The notes below the pieces were generated by a model. That model made no database searches and had not been told where the DNA came from. It worked only from the letters and a program-made list of their open reading frames with translations. From Candidatus Altimarinota bacterium (GTDB lineage Bacteria; Patescibacteriota; Gracilibacteria; JBDHUY01), in NCBI GenBank assembly GCA_039809385.1, contig JBDHUY010000002.1, positions 96,001-160,000 on the forward strand: 64,000 nt of DNA, in the 5' to 3' direction. Within the stretch, counting starts at the first letter, position 1. Each line of letters starts with the position of its first letter. Below, one piece after another: positions 9,533 to 20,000 of this stretch. The position numbers and the translations under genes were made by a program.

Positions 9533-11641
9533 CTATTTCGTTTTCATTTCAAATACTCCGTCCCAGTCTGCTCCAAGCGGGTTTTTATTGAAGTATTCAC
9601 AACGTTCGATATAGGTCTTGGAAGGTCCATCCTCCGGATAGCCCGTTAAAATTTCCTGAAAGACAGCTCTGGCCAGATCCCATTTCTGCTCATGGTAGAG
9701 GTTAAAACCTTTTTGGAACAAGTCCAGTTTTTTGCGTTCCTTATCGCTCAGTTTCCCTTTTTCACAAAGAAGTTCGAAAATAGCCACTGGCTCGCGCTTT
9801 CCCTTTACCCGAATGATGTCCAGTTTCCGGAATTCAAAACGGTCTTTCGTTTTTTCGTAGGTGTTCTCACTCGCCATAATATACGTATGATACTGTTTGT
9901 TTACTCCTTCCAGACGGGAGGCGAGATTTACGTGGTCACCGATAACCGTATAATTAAACCGGATATGTGAGCCAACATTCCCAACGATAACCTCTCCCGT
10001 ATTGAGACCGACCCGCATAAACAACTCTATATTCAGCTCTTCCCGAAAACGGGCCCGGATTTTCTCCATCTCTCGTTGCATGGTGAGGGCCGTAACGCAT
10101 GCATGGTAAGCATGGTCAAGATCTTCCAAAGGAGCTCCCCAGAAAGCCATAATGGCATCTCCCACATATTTATCCAGCGTTCCGCCCTGCTCAAAAACAA
10201 TATTCGTCATCTGAGTCAGATACTGGTTCAGCATAGACACCAGTTCTTCGGGAGGCATCTTTTCTGACAGCGAGGTAAAGCCTTGGATATCCGAGAAAAG
10301 AATGGTTATTTCTTTGCGACTTCCACCGAGTTTGAGAATCTCGGGATCCTTCATGATCTGATCGACCAGTGCCGAGGATACGTACCTGGAAAATGCCTGC
10401 TTGATATATCGTTTTCGACTCGATTCTACGACATACTTATAAATGATCGAAATAATATAGGTTAGCAAGTAGCTGAGCGGAATATAGAACATGCTCACCA
10501 GAATACCGTTCTCAAATGCCAAGATCGAGCTGACGATAAATAGAAAGGTTCCCAGAATAAGCACAATGCTGCTTACCCAGATCGGCGCAAAGATAAACAA
10601 TGCCGTAGAACACAGTATAACGATCGCAATCGACAATAGCTGTTTATTCGGGTTCTGGGGTTCCAGGAAACGACCGCTTAGAAGCGTTTGAATGGTATTG
10701 GCATGAATCTCAACCCCGGGCATCTCCACTCCGCGGGAAACAGGCGTGTATTCGACGTCGTGTAACCCCGTAGCTCCCATTTCTCCGATCAGAACGATTT
10801 TATTTTTTACCATCCCGGGATCGAAATTATTATTGTACACATCGACAAACGACAATCTGGAAAAACTGAACGGCGGACCGAAAAAATTTACATACATTGA
10901 GCCGTGATCGGCCAAAGGAACTTTGATCGGGGCGAAGGAACGACTTAAATCGAATGGCAGCCTGATACGGTTTTGGGTCACCATATAGCGGTTACCTTCC
11001 ATGGGAGCAGCGTCTTTGGATTCGTTTGGTTCGTCCAGAAATTTTTTTGCCAACGACACATCGAAAGATTCGAAAATTCTGCCGGTATGCTCTATAAAAA
11101 CGAACATGCGGCGCGCAATATTATCGGGGTCGATGGGCACATTGATAGGAGCTATTTTACTCCAATCGTTGCCGAAAAAGTTTTCGCGCGGGAGAATGAA
11201 ATTATTATGATCAAAGTCGTATTTACTCGCCAAAATAATATTGTCGCTGTTTTTAACAACCTCGGCCAATTGATCGTCGGCCGCGCGATTTTGAGAGTCG
11301 TCCAGAAACAATACGTCGACGCCGATGGCAATCGCTCCGGCATTTTGCAGATTTTTGAGAGTTTGGGCATGAAAATCTCGCGTCCATTCCTGCCAGCGGC
11401 CCAGGCCGCCTTCTTCTTTACCCTGCAAGCTCTTTTCATCAATAGCTACAATTAGGATGTCTTTCGAAGTTTGATTTTCACTTGTATAGAGATTATCGGT
11501 CAACCGGTAGTTCCACGAATAGAGAAAACCGCTCTGGATTATGCCATAAAAAAGGCCAAAGTTAATGATGGCAATAAGAAAAATAGCGATGAGCCGTCGC
11601 TCGAACAAACGTGCTATTTTTTTCTTTTTCAGAAATTTCAT
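9533..11641 (-). CDS. CHASE2-domain class III adenylate cyclase with C-terminal TPR-like segment
   Basis: CHASE2 motifs (IVAIDEKSL, GRW, DVLF, MPGVEIHAN), TM helices, cyclase motifs FSDIQGFT, DKYVGDAIMAFW, YTVIGDHVNLASRLE. Confidence 0.93.
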   Translation of the reverse strand: MKFLKKKKIARLFERRLIAIFLIAIINFGLFYGIIQSGFLYSWNYRLTDNLYTSENQTSKDILIVAIDEKSLQGKEEGGLGRWQEWTRDFHAQTLKNLQNAGAIAIGVDVLFLDDSQNRAADDQLAEVVKNSDNIILASKYDFDHNNFILPRENFFGNDWSKIAPINVPIDPDNIARRMFVFIEHTGRIFESFDVSLAKKFLDEPNESKDAAPMEGNRYMVTQNRIRLPFDLSRSFAPIKVPLADHGSMYVNFFGPPFSFSRLSFVDVYNNNFDPGMVKNKIVLIGEMGATGLHDVEYTPVSRGVEMPGVEIHANTIQTLLSGRFLEPQNPNKQLLSIAIVILCSTALFIFAPIWVSSIVLILGTFLFIVSSILAFENGILVSMFYIPLSYLLTYIISIIYKYVVESSRKRYIKQAFSRYVSSALVDQIMKDPEILKLGGSRKEITILFSDIQGFTSLSEKMPPEELVSMLNQYLTQMTNIVFEQGGTLDKYVGDAIMAFWGAPLEDLDHAYHACVTALTMQREMEKIRARFREELNIELFMRVGLNTGEVIVGNVGSHIRFNYTVIGDHVNLASRLEGVNKQYHTYIMASENTYEKTKDRFEFRKLDIIRVKGKREPVAIFELLCEKGKLSDKERKKLDLFQKGFNLYHEQKWDLARAVFQEILTGYPEDGPSKTYIERCEYFNKNPLGADWDGVFEMKTK

Positions 11642-11688
11642 GGATCCGTAAAGTTGAAAGCGAAAATAATTATGGAAGAATTAATACC

Positions 11689-11715
11689 AGAAAAGAGGGC
11701 ATAACCCTCTTTTCT
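11689..11715. terminator. Terminator-like hairpin between the FecR-domain gene and the cyclase gene
   Basis: AGAAAAGAGGG-cataa-CCCTCTTTTCT perfect 11-bp stem. Confidence 0.55.
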
Positions 11716-11732
11716 ATGACAAGCTCCAGTGG

Positions 11733-13655
11733 TCAGAATCCGGTCAAGCTGTTTACAATACTTCGAAGCGCTCCAATTTTTCCTTCGATACTGGAACGCT
11801 GGCCTTTCAGACCGGTTCCTACTGGACCGGTCAATTGTCCCGGATCAAGTCCCTCTATTTGGTTGATAACCGAATTCAACTCTTTTTCCAGATCGGCAAT
11901 GGCCGACTGAAGCACCGATTTGCACGAAGCGGCTTTGGCGCTGACCGAACTCTTCAAGGCTGCTTTATTGGCAACAGAGAGAGATGTTCCTTGCGACAAT
12001 ATTCCATTAAGTTGTGAAGCCAGCGAGGCGCTCTCACACGAAAGACCCGCAGCCTGTCCTTGGAGTTTATTCAACAGAGCCGCCTCGTCCACCGGAGGCT
12101 TGGTATTGGCGTTGGGAGGGGTTCTGCGGTTGACATTGGTATTCGGTCGCACGTTGGCGTTTCGGTTCGAAGTCGTATTGTTATTGTTGAGATTTTCGTT
12201 CGCATTGTCATTACTATTTTCATTCGTATTTGAATTGTCATTTGCGTTTCCGTTGATATTTCCATTCGTATTGTCATTTGCGTTCCCTATGGTGCACTGA
12301 AATTCCGTCGGTACGCTTACACCCAGTTGAGCCAATTTCTTTGAAATACGCTGCAAGATACGACATTCATAGGTTTTCAAGCCTTGAGTTGCCAATTTAG
12401 CGAGTAATTCGTTGTATTGCTGCAGAAGTTGCTCAAGTTGCTGAGCCGACTGGCCATTCTCGAGACCGTCGCTCATCAAAAAGAAGTTGCGTGTTCGTAG
12501 TACTGCTTCCAAAGCTTCCCGGTCGTCTCCGGAGGCATCCAAAGCCAGTGTCTCGAAAAGATCGGTCAGAGTTTTTTCTTCTCCGAAAAGAATTCTGGTA
12601 TATTTAAGCCACAAGAGGTTCAGGGCTTTTATTTTTGCTTCCATACTATCTACAAAACCGCTATCGGAAATGCCGTTTAGCACATCATTGAGTTTGACAA
12701 GTGTATTCTGGTACAGACTGACTTCGTTACTCCCCTTCCCGGTATCGCCTTCGGTATAAGCAATGATGCCGGCATACAGATGCTGTTTTGCCAGAAAAAA
12801 CAGGATTTGCGCTTTTTCCTGAGGATCTGTTGTACTGTCGGCAGCTTGCTGTGTCTTGAAACTTTGTAAAGAATCGTCGTTCTTGCCCAGATCGGATTTT
12901 ATCTGATCGAGCAATTCTTTTTTTAGCTCCCGATCATATGTGTCGTCCTGGGATTCGTTTTCGGTAACCCATTCACTCTCCAGATACTTTGGATCAATCT
13001 CTTCGACAATAGGCCCACTCTGCGAAGCGTTGACGTTGTCATTTTCATTTCCGTTACAATTCTCTTGAAGGGTTACTTGTTCACCATCTACCACATCCAC
13101 ATCTTGATTCGGCAAATTGACCGCATGTTCGAAGACGTGCATCGTGACGTTACACCCCTGTCGTTCAAAATCGAAGACCGTTCCGCGTATACCGGCTACG
13201 ACATTGCCCGACTGCATCGAATAAGAGGCCTTGTCATTCACAATATTCATAGCCTTATTCCAGACTTTTCCGTTAAATAGGTTATATTTGATATCGCTGT
13301 TGGTAGGATCGTTTTTGTCGATAGTGAGTTCGGTAATCTGAATCTCGCTTCCGGGAGCCAGACGGGTCACCGAGTCGTCAGGCCAGGTGATGATTGCCTC
13401 TCCGGCAGGATCAGTTTTCACAGAATCCCCCTGTGCCAGCGTGATTTTGCCCGAGACCGGTTTATAATCGGCGTCATTTGTTCCTTTGAGAGATACGGTA
13501 TCTTTTTTTACCTCCAGAGAAGTCTCTTGTACGAAAGCCGCAAAAGTGACATCCTTATTCACTTTTACCGAAGCATATAGATACCAGATAACTGCGGCGG
13601 CGATAATAATCACCCCCAGAACAATCCCGGCGGTAATTTGTAGTTTTTTACTCAT
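11733..13655 (-). CDS. Membrane-anchored FecR-domain protein with helical and Asn-rich C-terminal regions
   Basis: N-terminal TM; LAQGDSVKT...DDSVTRLAPGSEI...GKVW...VAGIRGTVF FecR-like pattern; poly-Asn linker. Start at MSKKLQ. Confidence 0.8.
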   Translation of the reverse strand: MSKKLQITAGIVLGVIIIAAAVIWYLYASVKVNKDVTFAAFVQETSLEVKKDTVSLKGTNDADYKPVSGKITLAQGDSVKTDPAGEAIITWPDDSVTRLAPGSEIQITELTIDKNDPTNSDIKYNLFNGKVWNKAMNIVNDKASYSMQSGNVVAGIRGTVFDFERQGCNVTMHVFEHAVNLPNQDVDVVDGEQVTLQENCNGNENDNVNASQSGPIVEEIDPKYLESEWVTENESQDDTYDRELKKELLDQIKSDLGKNDDSLQSFKTQQAADSTTDPQEKAQILFFLAKQHLYAGIIAYTEGDTGKGSNEVSLYQNTLVKLNDVLNGISDSGFVDSMEAKIKALNLLWLKYTRILFGEEKTLTDLFETLALDASGDDREALEAVLRTRNFFLMSDGLENGQSAQQLEQLLQQYNELLAKLATQGLKTYECRILQRISKKLAQLGVSVPTEFQCTIGNANDNTNGNINGNANDNSNTNENSNDNANENLNNNNTTSNRNANVRPNTNVNRRTPPNANTKPPVDEAALLNKLQGQAAGLSCESASLASQLNGILSQGTSLSVANKAALKSSVSAKAASCKSVLQSAIADLEKELNSVINQIEGLDPGQLTGPVGTGLKGQRSSIEGKIGALRSIVNSLTGF

Positions 13656-13736
13656 AGATTGACAAAGGAAATAGAAATAGAAAATAGTACAATCAAGTGT
13701 ACTATTCTTTGAAAGAAAGTCAAAAAAAGGCGCCAA

Positions 13737-13982
13737 CTAGTCACCGTCATCTTCACGGTTTTTTCGACCTTTCCACTTTTGAATCCATGACTGGAGCATC
13801 TGCAGGGGGATCTTTACGAATTCTTCCACTCGTCCGGCCAGATTGTCGGCGCGCTGCGTTATTTTTTCGACATTGCGCATCACTTGAGAGATTTGCCACA
13901 AAAAGATCGCAAGCATAACGGCGATCAAAAAGATCGCGAAGGCCAGAATAAGATACAAAAGATCCAACGAGGTAAGTTGCAT
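13737..13982 (-). CDS. Small membrane protein (DUF948/YoxC-like architecture)
   Basis: One TM helix followed by a short coiled coil; start at MQLTSLDLL. Confidence 0.6.
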   Translation of the reverse strand: MQLTSLDLLYLILAFAIFLIAVMLAIFLWQISQVMRNVEKITQRADNLAGRVEEFVKIPLQMLQSWIQKWKGRKNREDDGD

Positions 13983-14128
13983 GATCGATTTTTTAAAAAA
14001 TGAAAAAATATCTGCTGTTACTATAAAGCCTTGTCCTTCCAAAGACAATATTTCGTATGGTATACCTCTGAATACTATGTTGCAAATCTTGTTTTTTTTG
14101 CTATTGTATCACTGTTTACTTTTCGTCT

Positions 14129-14797
14129 ATGCCGTATTATCCGCGCCGAAAAAACAACGGGAACGATCTGGCTAAAAAGATCGGGTATCTCCTCAAGAAT
14201 TTGCGTTTTTACCATAAACTTGAGGGGATAGGCATCCTGATAACGTTAATCGGACTTTTCCTGCCATGGATCAGTTACGACGCCGAAAAAAGTACCAACG
14301 GCTTTCAAAACGTTGGGTATCTTATCGGCTGGATTATTCTGATAGTTATCGGCGTTTTAGCTTTACTTCTGATTCTGCGTCTATTTGATCGTAAACCTCC
14401 GAAAATACCGATAAAAGAATATACGCTTATATTTATGTCGGGGGCACAGATCGTATTGCTCTCGTGCATAGCGTTTTCCATTTATAGTTCTTTTTTTCAC
14501 GTTACCGCCAGCTATGAAACCCGCTTCGGCATCGGGATAACCCTTTTTGGAGGCGTAGTGGTCGCTTTCGCTGGATATCTGGCCTGGAAAGAAGAACAGG
14601 AAGAAAATAGTAAAAAGACCTTCCTGCATCTGCCGGACGATGAAGAAACGGTACACGATCTGGAACGGTATCTACAAAAAACCAAGCAGGAACACAAGCT
14701 TTTATCGGTTGAAGATGAAGCCATACAATCGGGGAGAGAATCGCATACTCAAAGCGACAACCGCAAAGAACCGCCGAATCTGAGTATGTTCGGATAG
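14129..14797 (+). CDS. Four-TM membrane protein
   Basis: FLPW motif, four hydrophobic segments and an acidic tail. Confidence 0.7.
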   Translation: MPYYPRRKNNGNDLAKKIGYLLKNLRFYHKLEGIGILITLIGLFLPWISYDAEKSTNGFQNVGYLIGWIILIVIGVLALLLILRLFDRKPPKIPIKEYTLIFMSGAQIVLLSCIAFSIYSSFFHVTASYETRFGIGITLFGGVVVAFAGYLAWKEEQEENSKKTFLHLPDDEETVHDLERYLQKTKQEHKLLSVEDEAIQSGRESHTQSDNRKEPPNLSMFG

Positions 14798-14938
14798 GAC
14801 GGTATTATAGAGCAACACCGTTGCTTTGGGGTTGTATTTATTGTATTTTTCCCAGGATACACAGAATAATATAGCTTTCTTTCATCCTAATCTCTGTCCC
14901 TCTGCGGGGTTTCTATTTTTATTACTCAACAGTACACT

Positions 14939-15469
14939 ATGCTCAGGCTCGTGGCAGACATACTTTTATTCGGCACCCTTATCGGTACGATTCTGCTTCT
15001 TCTGACAGCTTTGGCCGGACTTTTTTTGCGTGTTCCTTTCGTTCCGTCCGACCGTCGGGCAGTACGCGCTCTGGACAATCTCGATCTATCTGCCACTAAA
15101 AACATCGTCGATCTGGGTTCGGGCAGCGGAACGGTGTTGTTCGCATTGAGAAAAAAATACGAACACATTCCTCTTACCGGGTACGAACTAGCGATCCTTC
15201 CCTACTTGTATGCCTGCGTGAAAAATTCTCTACGGAAAAGCCGGATCGATTTTAAATTAAAAAATTTCTTTTGGGACGATCTGACCGGCTATGACACGGT
15301 CTTTTGCTATCTCATGCCGGAAACCTTGGAAAAAGTGATCAAGAAACTGCAATCTTATGACAAGCGTTTTACACTCATCAGTAACGCGTTTTGTAGCAAT
15401 ATTGTCAAACCGGAACAGGAAATCCCGATCCAGGGATCGAAAACAAAGATCTTTGTGTACAAATTGTAA
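14939..15469 (+). CDS. Class I SAM-dependent methyltransferase, membrane anchored
   Basis: PFVPS, VDLGSGSG, GYEL, FCYLMP and ISNAF motifs. Confidence 0.88.
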   Translation: MLRLVADILLFGTLIGTILLLLTALAGLFLRVPFVPSDRRAVRALDNLDLSATKNIVDLGSGSGTVLFALRKKYEHIPLTGYELAILPYLYACVKNSLRKSRIDFKLKNFFWDDLTGYDTVFCYLMPETLEKVIKKLQSYDKRFTLISNAFCSNIVKPEQEIPIQGSKTKIFVYKL

Positions 15470-15477
15470 AAATATGT

Positions 15478-15515
15478 TTCCTGTAGAGACGCAATGCGTT
15501 GCGTCTCTACAGGAA
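15478..15515. repeat. GTAG-family REP palindrome between convergent genes
   Basis: TTCCTGTAGAGACGCAA-tgcg-TTGCGTCTCTACAGGAA, a perfect 17-bp stem. Confidence 0.75.
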
Positions 15516-15520
15516 TAAAT

Positions 15521-15928
15521 CTATGCCTCCTTCTTGGCATCAAATTTCAAAGAACAGGAATTGATACAATAGCGAAGTCCGGTTTTGTCTTCCGGGCCGT
15601 CGTTAAAAACATGTCCAAGATGTGCGCCGCAGCTCTGACACATGACTTCGGTACGTTTCATGCCAAGAGAACTATCGTCCGCTTCTTCGATGTTTTTAGA
15701 ATCGGCTGGAGCATAGAAACTGGGCCAGCCCGTCCCGGAATCAAATTTTGTATCTGAAGTGAATAGTTCGGCATTGCAAACGGCGCAGCGATACATTCCC
15801 TTATCATGGTTATCCCAATAGGCTCCGGTAAAGGGATGTTCGGTCCCTTTTTCCTGGGTAACATGGTACTGCTCGTCGGTAAGCATCTTCTTCAGCTCCT
15901 CAGGACTTTTCTGAAAGGTTCTGGCCAT
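15521..15928 (-). CDS. msrB: Peptide methionine sulfoxide reductase B
   Basis: [35 protein letters not shown]. Confidence 0.97.
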   Translation of the reverse strand: MARTFQKSPEELKKMLTDEQYHVTQEKGTEHPFTGAYWDNHDKGMYRCAVCNAELFTSDTKFDSGTGWPSFYAPADSKNIEEADDSSLGMKRTEVMCQSCGAHLGHVFNDGPEDKTGLRYCINSCSLKFDAKKEA

Positions 15929-16238
15929 AAAAATAGAATAAGAATATAAATCTGAAATAAGTATAAAAGATATGGGCTACTTTTCCAGTGATATGCGTCA
16001 CATGCCAAGCCCCCTTCGCTTTTCATATACTCCCTATATGCTGCCGGAAAGATTTATTTCTTATCTATGAGTAAGCTTTTCAGAGCCTTGAGACACCTAT
16101 ACTATTCTCGTTACTATGTAGTAGGAGTTTTATTCCTAAATTTTTTCTTAACTTCGATAAAAATTGTTCTATTTTCTTGCTGCACTAAAACAGGGTCACT
16201 ATACTTTGATCAGATAATTTCGAATAAATGGAACTGAT

Positions 16239-16856
16239 ATGAAAACAGCTGCTACATTACAGAGTATATCAGATCTTCTGGAACATACCATTGTTCCTCA
16301 TCTACAGCGTATCGATGCAAAGTTAATGGAGCACGACCGACGGTTTGATGCAATCGAAAAAAGGTTAGATCAGCATGATAAGCGTTTTGAGAGAATTGAA
16401 AAAAGATTGGATGAACATGACCGGCGCTTTGATCAACTTGAGAAAAGGTTGGATGAACATGACCGGCACTTTGATCAACTTGAAAAAAAATTAGACGGGC
16501 ACGGTAAACAGTTTGTCCTTTTGAATAAACAATTAAAGGAAGTAAGAGAGAATCAGGACACTCTGGAGTTTTTACTACGTGATACTCATGCCCGGATGAT
16601 CCGTGTCGAACAAGATGTGTCCGGATTGAAAGACGAACTTTTTTCTTTGAAAGACTGGGTGACGGGTCGCATAACCATCCTGGAAGACGAACTGAAACTG
16701 GTAGTAGCTCGATTGGCCGATCTGCATGACAAGCTGGAAGGCTTTACTGTACAGGATTATCGCGAAACGAGACACCGCGTCTATGGGTTATCGTTGCGGT
16801 TAGATGTACTTCAAAATGAGGTAAAAGCGCTGAAAGCTAAAAAAGCCGAGGACTAG
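16239..16856 (+). CDS. Heptad-repeat coiled-coil protein
   Basis: 14-aa repeat (E)KRLDEHDRRFDQL about four times, visible as a 42-bp DNA repeat at ~16330-16500. Confidence 0.8.
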   Translation: MKTAATLQSISDLLEHTIVPHLQRIDAKLMEHDRRFDAIEKRLDQHDKRFERIEKRLDEHDRRFDQLEKRLDEHDRHFDQLEKKLDGHGKQFVLLNKQLKEVRENQDTLEFLLRDTHARMIRVEQDVSGLKDELFSLKDWVTGRITILEDELKLVVARLADLHDKLEGFTVQDYRETRHRVYGLSLRLDVLQNEVKALKAKKAED

Positions 16857-17074
16857 AAGTCTTGCATATGTCGAACAGTTTTTTGAATGCGCACATCGGC
16901 TTCCAGGATCTTTTTTTGTTTGCGCTGATCTTCTTCCTGCAGAAGCGTATAGAGCGTTTCGAGCTGATCCGAGGATAATGAAGATAGACGCTCTAGTAAA
17001 GTCTGCTTGGCTTCAGGGTTCAAAGAAGATTGGTACAGTAGTTTGGCAAATCGAATAGAAATATCGGTTTTCAT
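16853..17074 (-). CDS. Small helical protein, paralog of 20931-21248
   Basis: MKTDISIRFAKLLYQSSLNPEAKQTLLERLSSLSSDQLETLYTLLQEE; 18 nt downstream of the 1191-aa gene. Confidence 0.65.
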   Translation of the reverse strand: MKTDISIRFAKLLYQSSLNPEAKQTLLERLSSLSSDQLETLYTLLQEEDQRKQKKILEADVRIQKTVRHMQDF

Positions 17075-17092
17075 GGAAAGCAACGTAAAAAG

Positions 17093-20000
17093 TTATTGAA
17101 CAGGCGGTGCAGGCGCAGCCGGAAGAGGGGTGGGAAGTTCGGGATCGGCCTGAATCTGTAGAGACGGATCGAGCTCGTGGGCCGGCTGGTCTTTGGTGTC
17201 GAAAAAATATTCCACGCCGGTCTTTGCCAAAGCCAATGCGTCAACCGCAATAGTACCCGTAACGGCCATTCCGGAGATTTTTTGAGCCTTAGCTAAGTAA
17301 TCTTTGATTTTTGCAAAACCTCCAATATCTTTGGCGAGTGAAACAATGCGAGGAAAAACACCTTCGGCCGCCCGGATGATCTTTTCTGATTTTACACCGG
17401 CTCTCACCAGAGTTTCCCCAAGATTAAAAGCGGCATATCCGGCTACACCGCCAGCACCGGCAGCGGGACTGGTAGCTACACCAAAAAATGTCGACAGTGT
17501 GTCCGTTGCCAAACTATAGGTACCAAATGCGACTCGCGACCAGCGGCTCCATCCCTCGACCTGTTTCCCTGTGACAATTTCTTGTCCTGTAATGACGGTG
17601 TACCAGTCGGATACACCGAAAGGGCTCATGACATCCAGAATAACTTGTAATACATCCAATCCAACTTCTTGAATGATAGATCCCAATTCTTTGACTACTT
17701 TATCCTCCTTTGATTCTTTATTGATATTATATAAATCGAAAGCAACCGTAGCGGCACCTAATACAAGCGCCATTTTACCGCGACCTTTCATTTCGCGCAT
17801 CAGGGCCTTCACCCCTTTGCCTTTGGCCAGGTCTTCAGACAAAACTTGCTGGAATAATTTCTTCTCATCGGCAGTCATGCCGGACACGCTGCGATTGAGT
17901 GATGTAACCGAGCTATTCATGCGGTTACGAATAGATTTCAACTCATCGGAGACCTCTTTCTCAAATATTTTTATCTGATCTAGCGTTGCTCCGTTCGATA
18001 CTATGCGCGTTCTTTCCAACAAAGCTTTTTCCAGGAATATATCGGCTTCCTGGGAAGCGTTTTTTAACGCATTGATCCGCTCCTGCATCGGGAGCCGTTC
18101 AAACGCGTCGGTATCGTGCAAAGTTGAGGAGAGAGATGTTTTCATGGTCTGATAGTCCCGTCCTAATCGACCGGAAGCTCGCAGCTCCTGATCACTCATT
18201 TCCCGCAACATATCATCGGTAATCTCCGCCTGGGTAATGTTGGGGTTGCCGGTATGAGCTTTGGCCTTATCCAGAAGATCGGGGTCGGTTTTCAATCGCT
18301 CCATGTGGTTTTGAACGAGTCTTTTCTCGGTATCGCTAAGAACCTGCGATCCGGGCAAGTTGCTCTGCAAGACGTTCGTCGCTTTGAAGGAATCATCGTT
18401 CAAAGCTTTGGCGAACTCTTGGTCTTTTAATACATCATTTATATTGGTTTTGGCCCAGTTTTTGTATTTTGCCAACTCTTGTTCAAGTGCGGGACTGGGA
18501 GAAAGTTTGTAAGCTTCTTGTAATGACCTTGTACGGGCAGAGATAAAGTTCTTGGCGTATTTCATCTTGAGAAGCTTAAGATCATCCAATGAATAGGCCG
18601 ATGTAGCGTAATTCTTTAGTTTTCCGGCCTTCGTCGTCTCTGCTTCAAGATCTTTCCAGCGAGCATTGAATTTTTCATACTGATTTCTATAATGCTGAGC
18701 CAGATCTTCATAGCCCTGCAAGCGCACTTTGGGATTGCTGAACTTTGCCTGCATCCAGGCGTACGAATCTTGTGGGACTCTGTAGGCACGTTCGGCCATC
18801 CGGATATTGCCTTTCACAAACTCGATGGGGAAGATAAGTCCTTTCCCTACTCCTTTTACCAAAGCTTTCGGTAACGATTCCCCTGCCCTGAGCGCTTTGC
18901 TGCCATCTTTGAGACTGTAATACATAATAAACGGAGCCGTATTGGCTACAGCAACCCCAGCCAGTGCGGTATAACCGTACTCCTGCCCGTCGGTACGCAA
19001 TTGAAGTACATCGCTGATGGTATTGGTAAGTGCGCTCCAGGTGGTAAGGTACAAGGCTTTTACGCCGTCAAATAAGACGACGGTTCCTCCCTGTATGGCG
19101 ATATAAAGACCATCTTCCTCGCAAGCTTCGATCAGATCGGCAGAAAACTCGAACGGATGTTCGGCGATACTGCCGGGCCCGTACGGATATTTTTCGGACA
19201 GTTTTTTAAAACCAGGCTTATCTCCTATCACATTTTTAACGTCACTCCACATATCTTTGCCCATTTGGATATATGGATCCAGTGATTTGAAAACGAAAAG
19301 AGACACGAATTCGGTACTGAGAATATCCTGGGGGATCTCTTCCTTTTTGATCTTCCCGTCCTGATACAGACAGTAGAGTGAAAATATACCCAGCCCAAAC
19401 AGAAACGACTCGGTTTTACATTTTCGTAATAGCAGATACAAGACTCCGGCTTTGGCGCCGGTTTTGGCGATATCGGCAACTTGTCCGGTGACTTCCTGAC
19501 TCGTAAAACCTTCTTTGAGCATATGCATCAGCAGAGTTACTACATTCAGGCTCTCGATATCTTCGCGGGTCGGTACCATGCTCCCGAGCAGCGGAATTTG
19601 CTTGATATCTTCGTAGAATTTACCGGTTTTATCGACGAGATAGCTTTTACTGTTCTGTAAGAATCCGTTCAGCGCTTCTACCAAGGTTCCGTCCTGTAAG
19701 AGAGTGGTGATCTCTTTCCCTATGCCGGTCAAAAATTCCTGGCCGTTAATAACTTTCAGTGTTTCCTGCAGTTCTTTCGGGAAAAAATCGTCGGCTACTG
19801 GGACCGTAATTCCCAGAATCTTGAGCCCGCAATAGACTCCGAAAGCCACGGCAGTATATTTTACACCCTTTCCTGCCACACCGACGGCTTTCTTCCCAAG
19901 CGATGCGGCCAGAAAAGGAGCATCCAATAACTTTTTGCCGATCATGTAGAGCATCACTCCCCCACCAGCAATCCCGGCGGTATTGACGATACCCTTGAGT

